Of a stretch of 64,000 bases of DNA, positions 9,682 through 19,773 are shown piece after piece (the stretch's first letter is position 1; each line of letters opens with the position of its first letter). The stretch comes from an uncultured Gemmatimonadales bacterium (lineage in GTDB: Bacteria > Gemmatimonadota > Gemmatimonadetes > Gemmatimonadales > GWC2-71-9): assembly GCA_963825055.1 (NCBI GenBank), contig CAWGSK010000012.1, positions 544,001 through 608,000 on the forward strand, in the 5' to 3' direction. A program made the translations under genes and the position numbers. The notes under the pieces are model-generated. The model saw nothing but the letters and a program-made list of their open reading frames with translations, was not told the origin of the DNA and made no database searches.

Positions 9682-11748
9682 CTACCCTACCCGGAAGAGT
9701 TCGATCGCGCGCGGGTAGCGTGCAAAGGCCCGCTCCCGCAAACCGGCGTTGGCGGGCCGCCGCAGGGTCGGGTCGTCGGCCAGGATTTCCGCGGCGAGGT
9801 CACGGGCGCGCGTGAGCAGTGCCGAGTCGTCCGGCAATCGCGCGTGCCGGAGCTCGAATCCCCCCGCCTGGCGGGCGCCGATCAGGTCGCCCATGCCACG
9901 TTCCTGCAGGTCCAGCTCCGCGATCCTGAATCCGTCGTTCGTGGCGGCGAAGGCGCGGAGCCGGTCCGGAATCTTTCCCTCAGAGAGCAGGACGCACTCA
10001 CTCCGATCGTTCCCGCGACCGATCCGCCCGCGCAGCTGGTGCAGCTGGGCCAGCCCGAACCTTTCGGGATGCTCGATCACCATGATGGACGCATTCGCAA
10101 CATCGATGCCGACCTCGATGACCGTGGTGGCCACCAGGACCTGGACCTCGCCGTCGCGGAAGGCGCGCATGGTGGCATCGCGCTCCTCGGTCCGCAGCCT
10201 GCCGTGGACCAGCCCCACCCGCACATCGGGCCATTTCGCCTGGAGCGCCGTTGCCATCGTGCTCGCAGCCCGCAGGTCGCTCTGTTCCGATTCCTCGATG
10301 ACCGGGAAGACGATGTAGGCCTGCCTGCCCCCGAGCCCCTGTTCACGCACCCAGGAATAGACCTTGTCGCGCTGGCGCGCGCCGCGAACGGCCGTGCGCA
10401 CGTCGCCACGCCCGGGCGGCCTCTCGCGCAGAGTCGAGACGTCAAGGTCGCCGTAGATGGTGAGCGCGAGCGACCGTGGGATCGGGGTGGCCGACAGGAG
10501 CAGCGTGTCCGGGGCGTCTCCCTTCCCGATCAGCGTCGCCCGCTGTTCCACGCCGAAGCGGTGCTGTTCGTCGATGACGACCAGGCCCAGGCGGCGAAAA
10601 CCCACTGAGCCCTGCAGCAACGCGTGGGTACCAACCACGATCCGGATGGCGCCGGTGGAAAGCCGCTTGCGGATATCGTCCTTCTCCGACGCCGGGAGCC
10701 GGCCGAGCAGCAGCGCCGGCTGCATGTCGAGCGGCGCCAGGAGGGCCGTGAGCGTGGCCATGTGCTGTTCGGCCAGCAGCTCGGTCGGAGCCATGAGCGC
10801 CGCCTGGCAGTCGTTCTCTACCGCCAGCAGCATGGCGAAGAGGGCCACGATCGTCTTCCCGGTTCCCACATCTCCCATGAGCAGCCGGTGCATCCGGGTC
10901 GATGCGGTCATGTCGGAGGAAATCTCCCGGATTGCCTTGCGCTGGTCGCCGGTGAGTTCCCACGGGAGACTGTCCTTGAGCCGGCTCGTAAAAGTCCGGT
11001 GCAGGGTGAATACAGTGCCACTTCGCGCCCGCTTGGCGAGCTGCCTGGCGCGCGTCAGCATGAGCTGGAGGTCGAGCAGTTCGTCGAACGCAAGGCGCCG
11101 CCGGCCGGCCTCGGCCTCCGCGATGCTGGCCGGCTGGTGCACCATGCGCAGGGCCGCCGGGACCTCCGGCAGGTCCAGCCCGGCGAGCCGGCCGCGCGGC
11201 AGCGGGTCGGCCGCCAGTGTGATGAGCTCGTCGAGGTGGCGCGCGACCAGTGAGCGGATCTGCCGGTGGCTCAGGCCTTCGGTCGCGGGGTAGACCGGCA
11301 GGATACGGCCCGCGGTGCCGTCCGTGCTGTCCTCCGCGTCTGCCAGCACGAGGAACTCACGGGGAGCAAGCTGCCGGCCGTGATAGAACCGGACCGGTCC
11401 GGTGACAAGGAGCAACTGCCCTTCCACGATGGACCGGTCGAGGAACGGCTGGCCCGGCCAGACACACTCCAGGACCCCGCTCTCGTCGCGGATCACCGCC
11501 CGGAAAACCCGGAGCCCACGACGGGTGGGCACCACACGCTTGGCCACGACCCGGCCGATACAGGTAACCTCGCTTCCCACGGTGGCGCGAGCCACCGGGG
11601 TGACGGCCGACGCGTCGAGGTATTGTCGAGGGAGGTGCCAGAGGAGGTCGCGTGCCGTGGTGACGCCGAGCCGCGCAAAGGCCTCGGCCCGGCGCTCGCC
11701 GATGCCCTTCAGGAACTTGACCGGGGTGTCCAGCCGGAGCCGGCCCAT
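9682..11748 (-). CDS. recG: ATP-dependent DNA helicase RecG
   Basis: Wedge domain, GDVGTGKT, APTELLAEQH, IDEQHRFG, SATPIPRSL, ERFGLAQLHQLRGRIGRG, DGFRIAELDL. Confidence 0.97.
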   Translation of the reverse strand: MGRLRLDTPVKFLKGIGERRAEAFARLGVTTARDLLWHLPRQYLDASAVTPVARATVGSEVTCIGRVVAKRVVPTRRGLRVFRAVIRDESGVLECVWPGQPFLDRSIVEGQLLLVTGPVRFYHGRQLAPREFLVLADAEDSTDGTAGRILPVYPATEGLSHRQIRSLVARHLDELITLAADPLPRGRLAGLDLPEVPAALRMVHQPASIAEAEAGRRRLAFDELLDLQLMLTRARQLAKRARSGTVFTLHRTFTSRLKDSLPWELTGDQRKAIREISSDMTASTRMHRLLMGDVGTGKTIVALFAMLLAVENDCQAALMAPTELLAEQHMATLTALLAPLDMQPALLLGRLPASEKDDIRKRLSTGAIRIVVGTHALLQGSVGFRRLGLVVIDEQHRFGVEQRATLIGKGDAPDTLLLSATPIPRSLALTIYGDLDVSTLRERPPGRGDVRTAVRGARQRDKVYSWVREQGLGGRQAYIVFPVIEESEQSDLRAASTMATALQAKWPDVRVGLVHGRLRTEERDATMRAFRDGEVQVLVATTVIEVGIDVANASIMVIEHPERFGLAQLHQLRGRIGRGNDRSECVLLSEGKIPDRLRAFAATNDGFRIAELDLQERGMGDLIGARQAGGFELRHARLPDDSALLTRARDLAAEILADDPTLRRPANAGLRERAFARYPRAIELFRVG

Positions 11749-11759
11749 GGAACGGGTGC

Positions 11760-12683
11760 CTAGTCCTCGCCGATCAGGTTGCCGGCAAAGGCATCGGGGT
11801 CAAACGGCTGCAGGTCCTCCACCGCCTCGCCCAGGCCGACGAAGCGGATCGGGAGGCCGAGCTCGCGACAGAGCGCCACCACGCCGCCACCCCGCGCACT
11901 GCCGTCGAGCTTCGTCACGACGATGCCGGTCGGCATCACCGCGTCGCGGAACAGGCGGCCCTGCTGGATTGCGTTCTGGCCCACCGTCCCATCCACCACG
12001 AGGAGGGTCTCATGCGGCGCTCCCTCGACCTTCCGGGCCACGACACGATGAACCTTCCGCAACTCCTCCATGAGCCCTTCCTGGGTGTGGAGCCGGCCCG
12101 CGGTGTCGATGAGGACCACATCGACTCCGCGCGAGAGGCCGGCCTCGATCGCGTCGAACGCCACGGCAGCCGGGTCGCCGCCGGGTGCGCCCGCGACACA
12201 CTCCACCCCGATACGCTCAGCCCAGGTCTGAAGCTGGGCGATGGCACCCGCGCGCCACGTATCGGCGGCCGCGAGCAGGACCGAGCGCCCCGCGCGCTTC
12301 TCCCGCGCCGCGAGCTTCGCCGCCGTGGTCGTCTTCCCCACCCCATTCACGCCGACGACCAGGACCACAGACGGTCCGCTGGCGGGCCGGGCGAGCCGTT
12401 CCGGGTGCTCGGGACCGCGGACCATCTCGGCGAGCCGGGTGCGCAGTGACTCCCGCAGGTCCGCCTCGGTCTTGAGGCGACCTGCCCGGACTCCGTCTTC
12501 CAGTGCCTCGGTGAGCTCGACGGTGGCTGGCACGCCGAAGTCCGCCTCGATCAGCGTCCGCTCGATGGCCTCGAGGTCCGACGCATTGAGCTGCCGCAAC
12601 AGCGCGCTCACGTCGGTGAGCGCCAGGCGCTTGATACGCTTCCAGATGCTTTTCTTCTGCGTGCCGATACGGTCCGTCGCCAT
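11760..12683 (-). CDS. ftsY: Signal recognition particle receptor FtsY
   Basis: GVNGVGKTTT, DTWRAGA, DTAGR, TKLDGSARGG, GLGE..DLQPF; start at 12683 (alternative 12695). Confidence 0.95.
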   Translation of the reverse strand: MATDRIGTQKKSIWKRIKRLALTDVSALLRQLNASDLEAIERTLIEADFGVPATVELTEALEDGVRAGRLKTEADLRESLRTRLAEMVRGPEHPERLARPASGPSVVLVVGVNGVGKTTTAAKLAAREKRAGRSVLLAAADTWRAGAIAQLQTWAERIGVECVAGAPGGDPAAVAFDAIEAGLSRGVDVVLIDTAGRLHTQEGLMEELRKVHRVVARKVEGAPHETLLVVDGTVGQNAIQQGRLFRDAVMPTGIVVTKLDGSARGGGVVALCRELGLPIRFVGLGEAVEDLQPFDPDAFAGNLIGED

Positions 12684-12751
12684 CGTGCCCCTCATGCGGG
12701 TGCCGGGTTCTGTGAGCCCGAAGTATAGCCACCCCCTCAGGCGGGATTCCG

Positions 12752-14546
12752 CTAGCGCAGACCGAGGCGCCGGCGGGCCAGCCATTCCCCGGCGAGTGCG
12801 ATGATGGCGAGCGCGAAGAGCCAGAGCCATCCACGCGCCGGGGAGGTCACGAGGGCCGCCCGCCGCACGGCTGTCCGCTCCTCCAGCGTTACCGGGCGCG
12901 GCAGCCATTCGGCGGACCAGGTGTCCACCACCACCACGCCATTCCCGCCCTCGGCGACGCGGTACTGCCACGTGCCAACCGGGAGCCAGGCCCTGGCGAG
13001 ACCCGCCCCGTCGAAGCGGAGTGAATCGCGGACCGTGCGGGCGGAGTCGACGAAGGTGACGGCAAGCGGCTCCGGTGCACCAGGACCGTTCCACTGAAAC
13101 ACCAGCGGCTGCGCACGATCGACCACCGCGCGCACCGGACGCGCCAGTCCGCGGGTGGAGTCCCGGCCGCCGAGCAGCCACGTGGCGCTGGCCGCTACGA
13201 GTGACCGGTACGCCTGTTCGCTGGATCCGCCCCGGAACGCCCACCGCCAGAGGCCGTCGGCGGCAACGGTAACTTCCCGGCGGCGCTCTCCCGGCCGGCC
13301 CACGATGACCGGGCGGGCGGCACCGCGACGTCCCGCCTGTGCGACCAGTCCCACCCAGTCACCATTGGCCGGCTCGATGGGGGTGACCTGGAGGAGGGGG
13401 GGAAAGGAATCGACCGGAAGGCCGGCGAGGGCGGCCCCCACCGGGGACCCGGGAGCGGACGTCGCGTACCAGTCACCGGGGAGGGTCGCCGCCCCGTTCT
13501 CCCCACTGGCCCACTTGAGCACTCCACGGGCGCCGGAACGCGACCCGTACTCCCCGACTCCGCCCTTCAGGACGAGCAGATCGGCGCCGCGCGCCGCGCG
13601 CGCGACCTCGCCCGCCGGACACGGTGGCGAGATTCTCCATCGAGCGCCACTGGTCACCCTGCAGTCGCACGTAACCGCGTACCGGCAACTGGGCGACATC
13701 GCCGAGAGTCCGGTAGAGAAAGCGGCTGTCCCAGTCCGCTGGGCCGGCCAGCAGGACCACACCGGGGGCCGCCGTCACGTCGACCACATGGCGGCGGGCA
13801 TCGTCACGCGGTTCCGCGTCATCCGCATGAACCACCTCCACCCGCAGGACAGCGGGACCTGCCTGCATCCCCCTAGACGTGGCCACCAGGCTGACCTCCG
13901 CACTGCCTCCGGCGAGCGCGACACGGCGCGTGTCGAGTTCGCGGCTCCCATGCATGAGGCGGATGGTGGCGCTGTCCGGCACATTGCCGCCCCCGGCGAT
14001 GACCTCCGCGCGGACCCGGAGCGAATCCCCGGCCGTGATCCTCGCGGGCCCGGCAATGGCCCCGATGGCCACGTCCGGATTCCGGGGGCGGGCCATCACG
14101 CGGATGGACACCTGCCGCACCACGTCGGGCGGCAGGTCGGCGGCATCCTCCACCTCACCATCCGTGAACACCACGACCGGACGGCCCGTGGCCACCGCGG
14201 GCACCAGCGCCGGGCGAAGCAGCGTCCGTCCCCGCTCCGCCAGCGAATCGGTGGGCGGTCGCTCGTCGCCGAACGTGCGTACCTCGCCGAGCCGGCTCGC
14301 CGAATCGGCCAGTGCGTTGAAGCGGGTGCTGTCCGCCCGCGCGCTCAGGGACCCGTCGAGCAGCACGAGCGGCGCTCCGTCACGCCCGGATACAGGGCAG
14401 CTCATGTTGGCCACGAGTATCCCCAGCGCCGACCAGGCGACGGCCCGGCAGGCCATGGGTACGAGCCCCCGCCGGCCCAGGCGTTCGAGACCGAGATACG
14501 TGGCGGCGGCCAGTGCCACGGCCGCGATGATAATCAGGATGAACAT
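12752..14546 (-). pseudogene. vWA-like domain membrane protein interrupted by a +1 frameshift near 13611-13620 (pseudogene or sequencing error)
   Basis: 5' frame has TM segments, a DGSLS (DxSxS) motif and a TDG motif; protein-like sequence switches frame at MENLATVS/GEVARAARGADLLVL; 3' frame ends with a TM segment and EWLARRRLGLR; total span 1795 nt = 3n+1. Confidence 0.7.
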
Positions 14547-14563
14547 GCAGGAAAGATAGGCTC

Positions 14564-14591
14564 CTCGATCTTCGACCTTCGACCTTCGACC
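14564..14591. repeat. Short heptamer tandem repeat (TTCGACC)x3 plus one degenerate unit
   Basis: CTCGATC TTCGACC TTCGACC TTCGACC in the 50-nt gap between hisA and the next gene. Confidence 0.7.
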
Positions 14592-14596
14592 CCACT

Positions 14597-15349
14597 TTAC
14601 GTCATCGGCGGCGGCCCCGTTTCATCAGGCCATGGGTCACAGCGCCGGATGCCCTCGGCGACGGTGAAGCGGCGCTCGTAGAGGGCGCGCCCGACGACCG
14701 CCCCTCCGAGTCCGGCCGTGCGCAGCGCATCGAGGTGATCGAGACTGCCCACCCCACCACGGGACACGATGTTCGGCGCGTGCTGGTGCAGGGCCGCCGC
14801 ACCGGTTGCGTCCGGTCCGGTCATGATCCCGTCGCGCGGGATATCGGTATAGATGATCGTGCGCACGCCTTCGGCGGCGACCCTTCGTGCCACCTCGTCC
14901 ACCCGCATCGTGCTGGTCTCGAGCCAGCCCTGGTACGCGACGTAGCCGAGTCGCGCATCGATCCCGACCGCCACGCGGTCGGGGCCGGCCAGGGTCAGGG
15001 CCTCCGGGATGAGCCCGGGCGTGATGACCGCGGCCGTCCCCAGCACGATGCGGGTGACCTCCAGTTCCAGGGCATTCTCGATCTGGCGGCGGTCGCGGAA
15101 CCCGCCACCCAGCTGGATCCGGACGTACGACCCGACCCGCGTGGTCAGGCGGCGAACCATCTCGATGTTGTCCCCGTCGCCGAAGGCCCGGTCGAGATCC
15201 ACGATGTGGATCCAGCGGGCACCCTGCAGCACAAACGCCTCCGCCTGCGCGACGGGATCCGCTTCGTACATGATTGCGGTCGAGGGGACACCCTGGCTCA
15301 GCCGGACGACACGTCCGTTGCGGATGTCGATGGCGGGGAAGAACTCCAC
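14597..15349 (-). CDS. hisA: HisA-family ProFAR isomerase
   Basis: PAIDIRNGRVVRL, HIVDLD, QLGGGFR, VLGTAA, VGIDA, YTDIPRDG..TGPD, GGVGS, VVGRALY. Confidence 0.85.
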   Translation of the reverse strand: MEFFPAIDIRNGRVVRLSQGVPSTAIMYEADPVAQAEAFVLQGARWIHIVDLDRAFGDGDNIEMVRRLTTRVGSYVRIQLGGGFRDRRQIENALELEVTRIVLGTAAVITPGLIPEALTLAGPDRVAVGIDARLGYVAYQGWLETSTMRVDEVARRVAAEGVRTIIYTDIPRDGIMTGPDATGAAALHQHAPNIVSRGGVGSLDHLDALRTAGLGGAVVGRALYERRFTVAEGIRRCDPWPDETGPPPMT

Positions 15350-15363
15350 CGCGCTGTTCCGCG

Positions 15364-16635
15364 CTACTCGGTGGCGCCCTGGGCGGAGTGCTCGGCCTGG
15401 GCCAGTTGGGAGGTTACGGCCGGATAGAGCAGGTCGCCCAGCGTCGACCGCTGGTGCTCGAACGCGGCCATCTCCGCGTGCGGTACCGGCTGCCCGTTGC
15501 CGAGGTCGATCCGGCGGGAATCGACGGCGGTCCCGTTCACGCGGAACTCGTAGTGCAGATGCGGGGCGGTGGCGAGACCGGTGCTCCCCACGTAACCGAT
15601 GGTCTGGCCCTGGGACACCCGGGCGCCCGCATGAATGCCGCTGGCGAACCCGCTCAGGTGCCCATACCGCGTGGTAATGCCGTTCGCGTGGCGCAATTCG
15701 ATCAGGCGTCCGTAGCCGCCGGCCCAGCCCGCCCGCACGACCGTACCGTTACCCGCCGCCATTACCGGAGTACCCGCGGCGGCGGCGTAGTCCGTCCCCT
15801 GGTGCGCACGGACCACGTTCAGGATCGGGTGACGGCGGCCGGGGTTGAAGTTCGACGAGATCCGGCGGAACTGCACCGGCGCCCGCAGGAACGCGCGCTT
15901 GAGCGACTCGCCCTTGTCGTCGTAGAACTGCTCGGTCCCGTCGGAGGCCCGGTAGCGGAAGGCCGGCAGGTCCCGACCGGAGATCCGCAGTTCGCTGGCC
16001 AGAATCCTGCCGAAACGAACCTCGCCCAGTTCGGAGGTATCGCGCTCCAGCACCACGTTGAACTTGTCGCCCGGCCGGATGTCCCGGGTGAAGTCCACCT
16101 GCCACATGTACGTATCCGCCAGGTCCCAGGCCAGACGGGTCCGCTCGCCGCTGTCCAGCAGGCGATCATCGACCTGATCATCCAGGGCAAGGTACAGCGA
16201 ATGGTCGATCCCGCCCTCCACCCGCACCGTGTCCGTACTCCAGGCGATCGGCTCGGCGGCCGCCGTCCACCCATCCGCCGCCCGCTCGAGCTCTGCCCGG
16301 TTCTCCAGATTCAGGCGGAAGTGCACCTCGGACGGCACGGAATCCGCCATGTCGCGCCGGAACCGGAACACCAGGCCGGGGCGCATCCGGCGGAAGTCCA
16401 TCGCCAGGTCACTGGCGAGGCCGCCAAGGTCCAGCCCGGCCACACGGTTCCGGGCGAACAGGTCGGAAATCGTCTCGCCTGGCCGCAGGGTATCAACCGA
16501 TTCCGCCCAGGCCCGCGTCACCACCACCGCCGGCCCCTCGAAGTGCGGGCGCTGCCACGGCCAACTGCCCCGGGCGGCAAAGGCGGCCGCTGCCACCAGA
16601 ATGACCGCCGACGCGGCCAGGACGAGCCGTCGCAT
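15364..16635 (-). CDS. M23 family peptidoglycan DD-endopeptidase (MepM-like)
   Basis: N-terminal TM/signal segment; DFTRDIRPGDKF; HQGTDY (HxxxD), YGHLS, TGLATAPHLHYEF (HxH). Confidence 0.92.
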   Translation of the reverse strand: MRRLVLAASAVILVAAAAFAARGSWPWQRPHFEGPAVVVTRAWAESVDTLRPGETISDLFARNRVAGLDLGGLASDLAMDFRRMRPGLVFRFRRDMADSVPSEVHFRLNLENRAELERAADGWTAAAEPIAWSTDTVRVEGGIDHSLYLALDDQVDDRLLDSGERTRLAWDLADTYMWQVDFTRDIRPGDKFNVVLERDTSELGEVRFGRILASELRISGRDLPAFRYRASDGTEQFYDDKGESLKRAFLRAPVQFRRISSNFNPGRRHPILNVVRAHQGTDYAAAAGTPVMAAGNGTVVRAGWAGGYGRLIELRHANGITTRYGHLSGFASGIHAGARVSQGQTIGYVGSTGLATAPHLHYEFRVNGTAVDSRRIDLGNGQPVPHAEMAAFEHQRSTLGDLLYPAVTSQLAQAEHSAQGATE

Positions 16636-17787
16636 TCAGTCCATCTGCCGTCGGATGAAGGTGGGAATTTCCATGTCCGGCACCTCGCCCTGTTTCCCCG
16701 GCTCGGCGGGCCGCTGCTCGGGCCGTGCCGGCTGCTGGGCGGCCGGCTGGCCGGTGCGCTTGGCGGGGAAGTTCAGGACGCCGGACGTCTTGCCGCCCAC
16801 CGCGCGAAGCGGGATTTCCGGGGACACGGTCTTGTCGAAGCCCGTCGCGATGACGGTGACCCGGACCTCGCCCTGCATTGCGGCGTCGGTTGCGGCACCG
16901 AAGATGATCTCGGCGTCGTCACCCGAGGCATCGTGTACGATCTCGCTGATCTGCGTGGTCTCGCCGAGAGTAAGATCCTCGCCACCCACGATGTTGATCA
17001 GCACGCCGGTGGCGCCCGCGATGGAGACGTTGTCGAGCAGCGGACTCGAGATCGCCTGCTGGGCGGCCTCCATGGCGCGGTTCTCGCCGCGACCGATGCC
17101 GGTGCCCATGAGTGCGGCGCCACCGTTCTGCATGATGGTGCGCACGTCCGCGAAGTCCACGTTGATGATGCCGGTCCGGGTGATCAGGCCCGCAATGCCC
17201 TGCGTCGCATGGAGCAGGACCTCATCGGCCTTCTTGAGCGCATCCTGGAACGGGATGCCCTTCCCGACGACCGCCAGCAGCCGTTCGTTCGGCACGACGA
17301 TCATCGTGTCGACACTCTTGGCCATCTCAGCGATGCCCATCTCTGCCTGGCGCATCCGCTTGCGCCCCTCGAAGAGGAACGGGCGGGTCACGATGCCCAC
17401 CGTCAGCGCGCCGGACTCACGCGCCATCTCGGCGATGATCGGGGCGGCGCCGGTACCGGTGCCGCCACCCATGCCGCACGTGACGAAGACGAGGTCCGCG
17501 CCGGTGATGCTGGCGGAGACCTCGTCCCGGTTCTCCTCGATCGCCTGGCGCCCGATCTCCGGACGCGCCCCGGCGCCGAGGCCGCGCGTCAGCTTGCGGC
17601 CGATCTGCACCTTGACGTCCGATTTCGAACTCGATAGCGCCTGCGCGTCGGTGTTCACCGAGATGAACTCGACCCCCTGGAGCTGTTCGTCGATCATCCG
17701 GTTGACGGCGTTCCCGCCGCCGCCGCCGACGCCAACGACTTTCATGCGCGCGTTCTGCGCGGTCGACTCTTCCAGTTCGAAGATCAT
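16636..17787 (-). CDS. ftsZ: Cell division protein FtsZ
   Basis: [30 protein letters not shown]-terminal EIPTFIR peptide; start MIFELEE at 17787. Confidence 0.98.
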   Translation of the reverse strand: MIFELEESTAQNARMKVVGVGGGGGNAVNRMIDEQLQGVEFISVNTDAQALSSSKSDVKVQIGRKLTRGLGAGARPEIGRQAIEENRDEVSASITGADLVFVTCGMGGGTGTGAAPIIAEMARESGALTVGIVTRPFLFEGRKRMRQAEMGIAEMAKSVDTMIVVPNERLLAVVGKGIPFQDALKKADEVLLHATQGIAGLITRTGIINVDFADVRTIMQNGGAALMGTGIGRGENRAMEAAQQAISSPLLDNVSIAGATGVLINIVGGEDLTLGETTQISEIVHDASGDDAEIIFGAATDAAMQGEVRVTVIATGFDKTVSPEIPLRAVGGKTSGVLNFPAKRTGQPAAQQPARPEQRPAEPGKQGEVPDMEIPTFIRRQMD

Positions 17788-17809
17788 GGATGCACCCCGT
17801 GCGCCCGTA

Positions 17810-19063
17810 TCAGAAGAAATCCTGCAGCCATCGCTTGACCGGCCCGAGTACCTTCTCCATCGACTGCGACCGCCGTCCCGCCGCCCCCGTGCCACCCGAC
17901 AGCGCAAGCTGGCGGGCTCCGTACAGTATAAGGCCGGTGGCCACCGCCATGCGCGGTCGGTCCACGCTGTCCACCAGCCCGGTGAGCCCCTGCCCCGGGC
18001 AGCCGGCCCGCGCCGGGGTCGCGAAGACCTCCCGCGCCAGCTCCACGATACCCGGGGTCTCCGCCCCGCCCCCGGCCAGGATAACCCCCGCGGGCAGCCG
18101 CTGGTGGTATCCGGCCCGGGTGACCTCTTCGCGCGCGTACTCCAGCACCTCCTGCAGGCGCATGTGCATGATGTGCGCGAGGACCCGGCGGTCCGCGTTC
18201 CGGGGGCCCTGCCCCGGCGTACCGGGCAGCTCGAAGGTCTCGCCATCGGGCACGATCGGCTCGTACGCCGCGCCGTAACGCTCCTTGAGCCGCTCGGCAT
18301 CCTGCTGGGTGACCTGGAGCCCGTGGACGATGTCGCCCGTCACATGCCCGCCGGCGCAGAGCAGCGAGGCGGTATGGCGGATCTTCCCGGCGTGGAAGAT
18401 CGCGACGTTGGTGGAACCGCCGCCCAGCTCGACCAGAGCACAGCCGAGTTCCAGCTCGTCCAGCGTCAGCACCGCCAGGGAGGCCGCAAGGGGCTCCAGG
18501 ACGAACTCACCCACGTGAAAGCCGGCCCGCTCCACGCACTTTCTGAGGTTGAGCAGTACGCTCGACAGCACGGTCACGAGGTAGACCTCGGCCTCGAGCC
18601 GGGAACCGGTCATGCCGATCGGGTCGCTGATCCCCGCCTGCTGGTCGATCAGGTAGTCCTGGGGGATCGCATGGAGCAGCTCGTGGTCCCGGCCGAACGA
18701 GACGTTGCTGGCCATGTCGTTGACCCGGGCCACGTCGCCGGTACGGATCTCGGTGCCGGCCACGGAGACCATGCCGTGCATGCTCCGCCCCGCCACATGC
18801 TCGCCGGCCACGCCGCAGTACACCGTTCCGACCTCGACACCTGCCATCCGCTGGGCGTCTTTCATCGCCTTGGCGATGGCGCGGGTGGTCTCCTCGATGT
18901 CGCGGACAACGCCGCGGCGGATACCGCTGGTGCGTTCCGCGCCCACCCCGAGGATCCGCGCGCCGGGCACGCGCCCGTCGCCCTTCACCTCTCCAATGAC
19001 GGCCACCACGCTGGAGCTGCCGATGTCGAGGGCGGCGACCAGTTGCCGGGAGGGTGCGCTCAT
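17810..19063 (-). CDS. ftsA: Cell division protein FtsA
   Basis: [45 protein letters not shown]. Confidence 0.96.
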   Translation of the reverse strand: MSAPSRQLVAALDIGSSSVVAVIGEVKGDGRVPGARILGVGAERTSGIRRGVVRDIEETTRAIAKAMKDAQRMAGVEVGTVYCGVAGEHVAGRSMHGMVSVAGTEIRTGDVARVNDMASNVSFGRDHELLHAIPQDYLIDQQAGISDPIGMTGSRLEAEVYLVTVLSSVLLNLRKCVERAGFHVGEFVLEPLAASLAVLTLDELELGCALVELGGGSTNVAIFHAGKIRHTASLLCAGGHVTGDIVHGLQVTQQDAERLKERYGAAYEPIVPDGETFELPGTPGQGPRNADRRVLAHIMHMRLQEVLEYAREEVTRAGYHQRLPAGVILAGGGAETPGIVELAREVFATPARAGCPGQGLTGLVDSVDRPRMAVATGLILYGARQLALSGGTGAAGRRSQSMEKVLGPVKRWLQDFF

Positions 19064-19773
19064 GCCCCCGCCCCAGGCCTGGCCCCGCGGACCACGATCT
19101 GGCCCCGATACCGGGCGTCCAACTCGATCCAGGTCGTCCCCCGGGCCGCGAGATCCTCCGCCACTGCCGTCACCGCCGCTATCGCCTCCGCTGTGGCATC
19201 CGGCCGGAACCAGACGCGCGTCTCGTTGACCTGAAGCACCACGTCACCTCCCGAACGCCAGGCGGCCGAGGTTCGGCCGAAAAGCGACGGATCGAGGTCC
19301 CGCAACCTCCCCAGCAGGCCGGTCACCAGCGTATCCGGCCGGGCAAGCACCGGGAGATCAGGAGCGGTAGCCGCCGGGTCGAAGGGGAGGACCTCCCCGT
19401 GCGCGTCGATCAGCGACATGCCCTTCGACTCCGCGACCAGCGCCACCGGGCGCGCCTCCCGCACCCGCACCCGCACGGTGCCGGGCAAACGGCGACCCAC
19501 CGACACCTCCTGCACTCCGGGGACGGCCTGTACCGCTGCCCGGATCGGGGCGAGGTCGTCGAAGACGCTCGCATCCGCCGGGAGATCCAGCTCCGCCAGC
19601 AGTGTGCGGGGCCGGAGATACCGCACCCCCACGAACTCGATCCGGCGGAGCCGGAAGAAGTCGAGACCCCGCGCGAGCCGCGGCAGACCGAGCCAGGCGA
19701 GCGCCAGGAGCACCGTGCCCCCGAGCACGAGCCAGCCGGGGCGCCGCAGCCGGCTCAGGCGGCCTTGAGCCAT
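19060..19773 (-). CDS. ftsQ: Cell division protein FtsQ/DivIB
   Basis: Single TM segment, POTRA-like region (RRLPGTVRVRVRE), C-terminal LDARYRGQIVVR; lies between murC and ftsA. Confidence 0.85.
   Translation of the reverse strand: MAQGRLSRLRRPGWLVLGGTVLLALAWLGLPRLARGLDFFRLRRIEFVGVRYLRPRTLLAELDLPADASVFDDLAPIRAAVQAVPGVQEVSVGRRLPGTVRVRVREARPVALVAESKGMSLIDAHGEVLPFDPAATAPDLPVLARPDTLVTGLLGRLRDLDPSLFGRTSAAWRSGGDVVLQVNETRVWFRPDATAEAIAAVTAVAEDLAARGTTWIELDARYRGQIVVRGARPGAGA

Noticed and set aside
9676..9691. (CCTAC)x3 repeat at the convergent GWxTD/recG junction
   Set aside because: Very short and largely explained by the recG terminal codons and stop
12684..13244. Long N-terminal extension of FtsY in the ORF track (likewise the upstream extensions of ftsZ, cheA, cheB, alr and cdd)
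   Set aside because: These overlap upstream genes and look like off-frame translation; downstream starts with RBS or stop/start overlaps fit better
15274..19234. 787-aa and 1001-aa plus-strand ORFs
   Set aside because: Antisense to the M23 peptidase, ftsZ and ftsA; low-complexity Arg/Ala/Ser/Pro-rich translations
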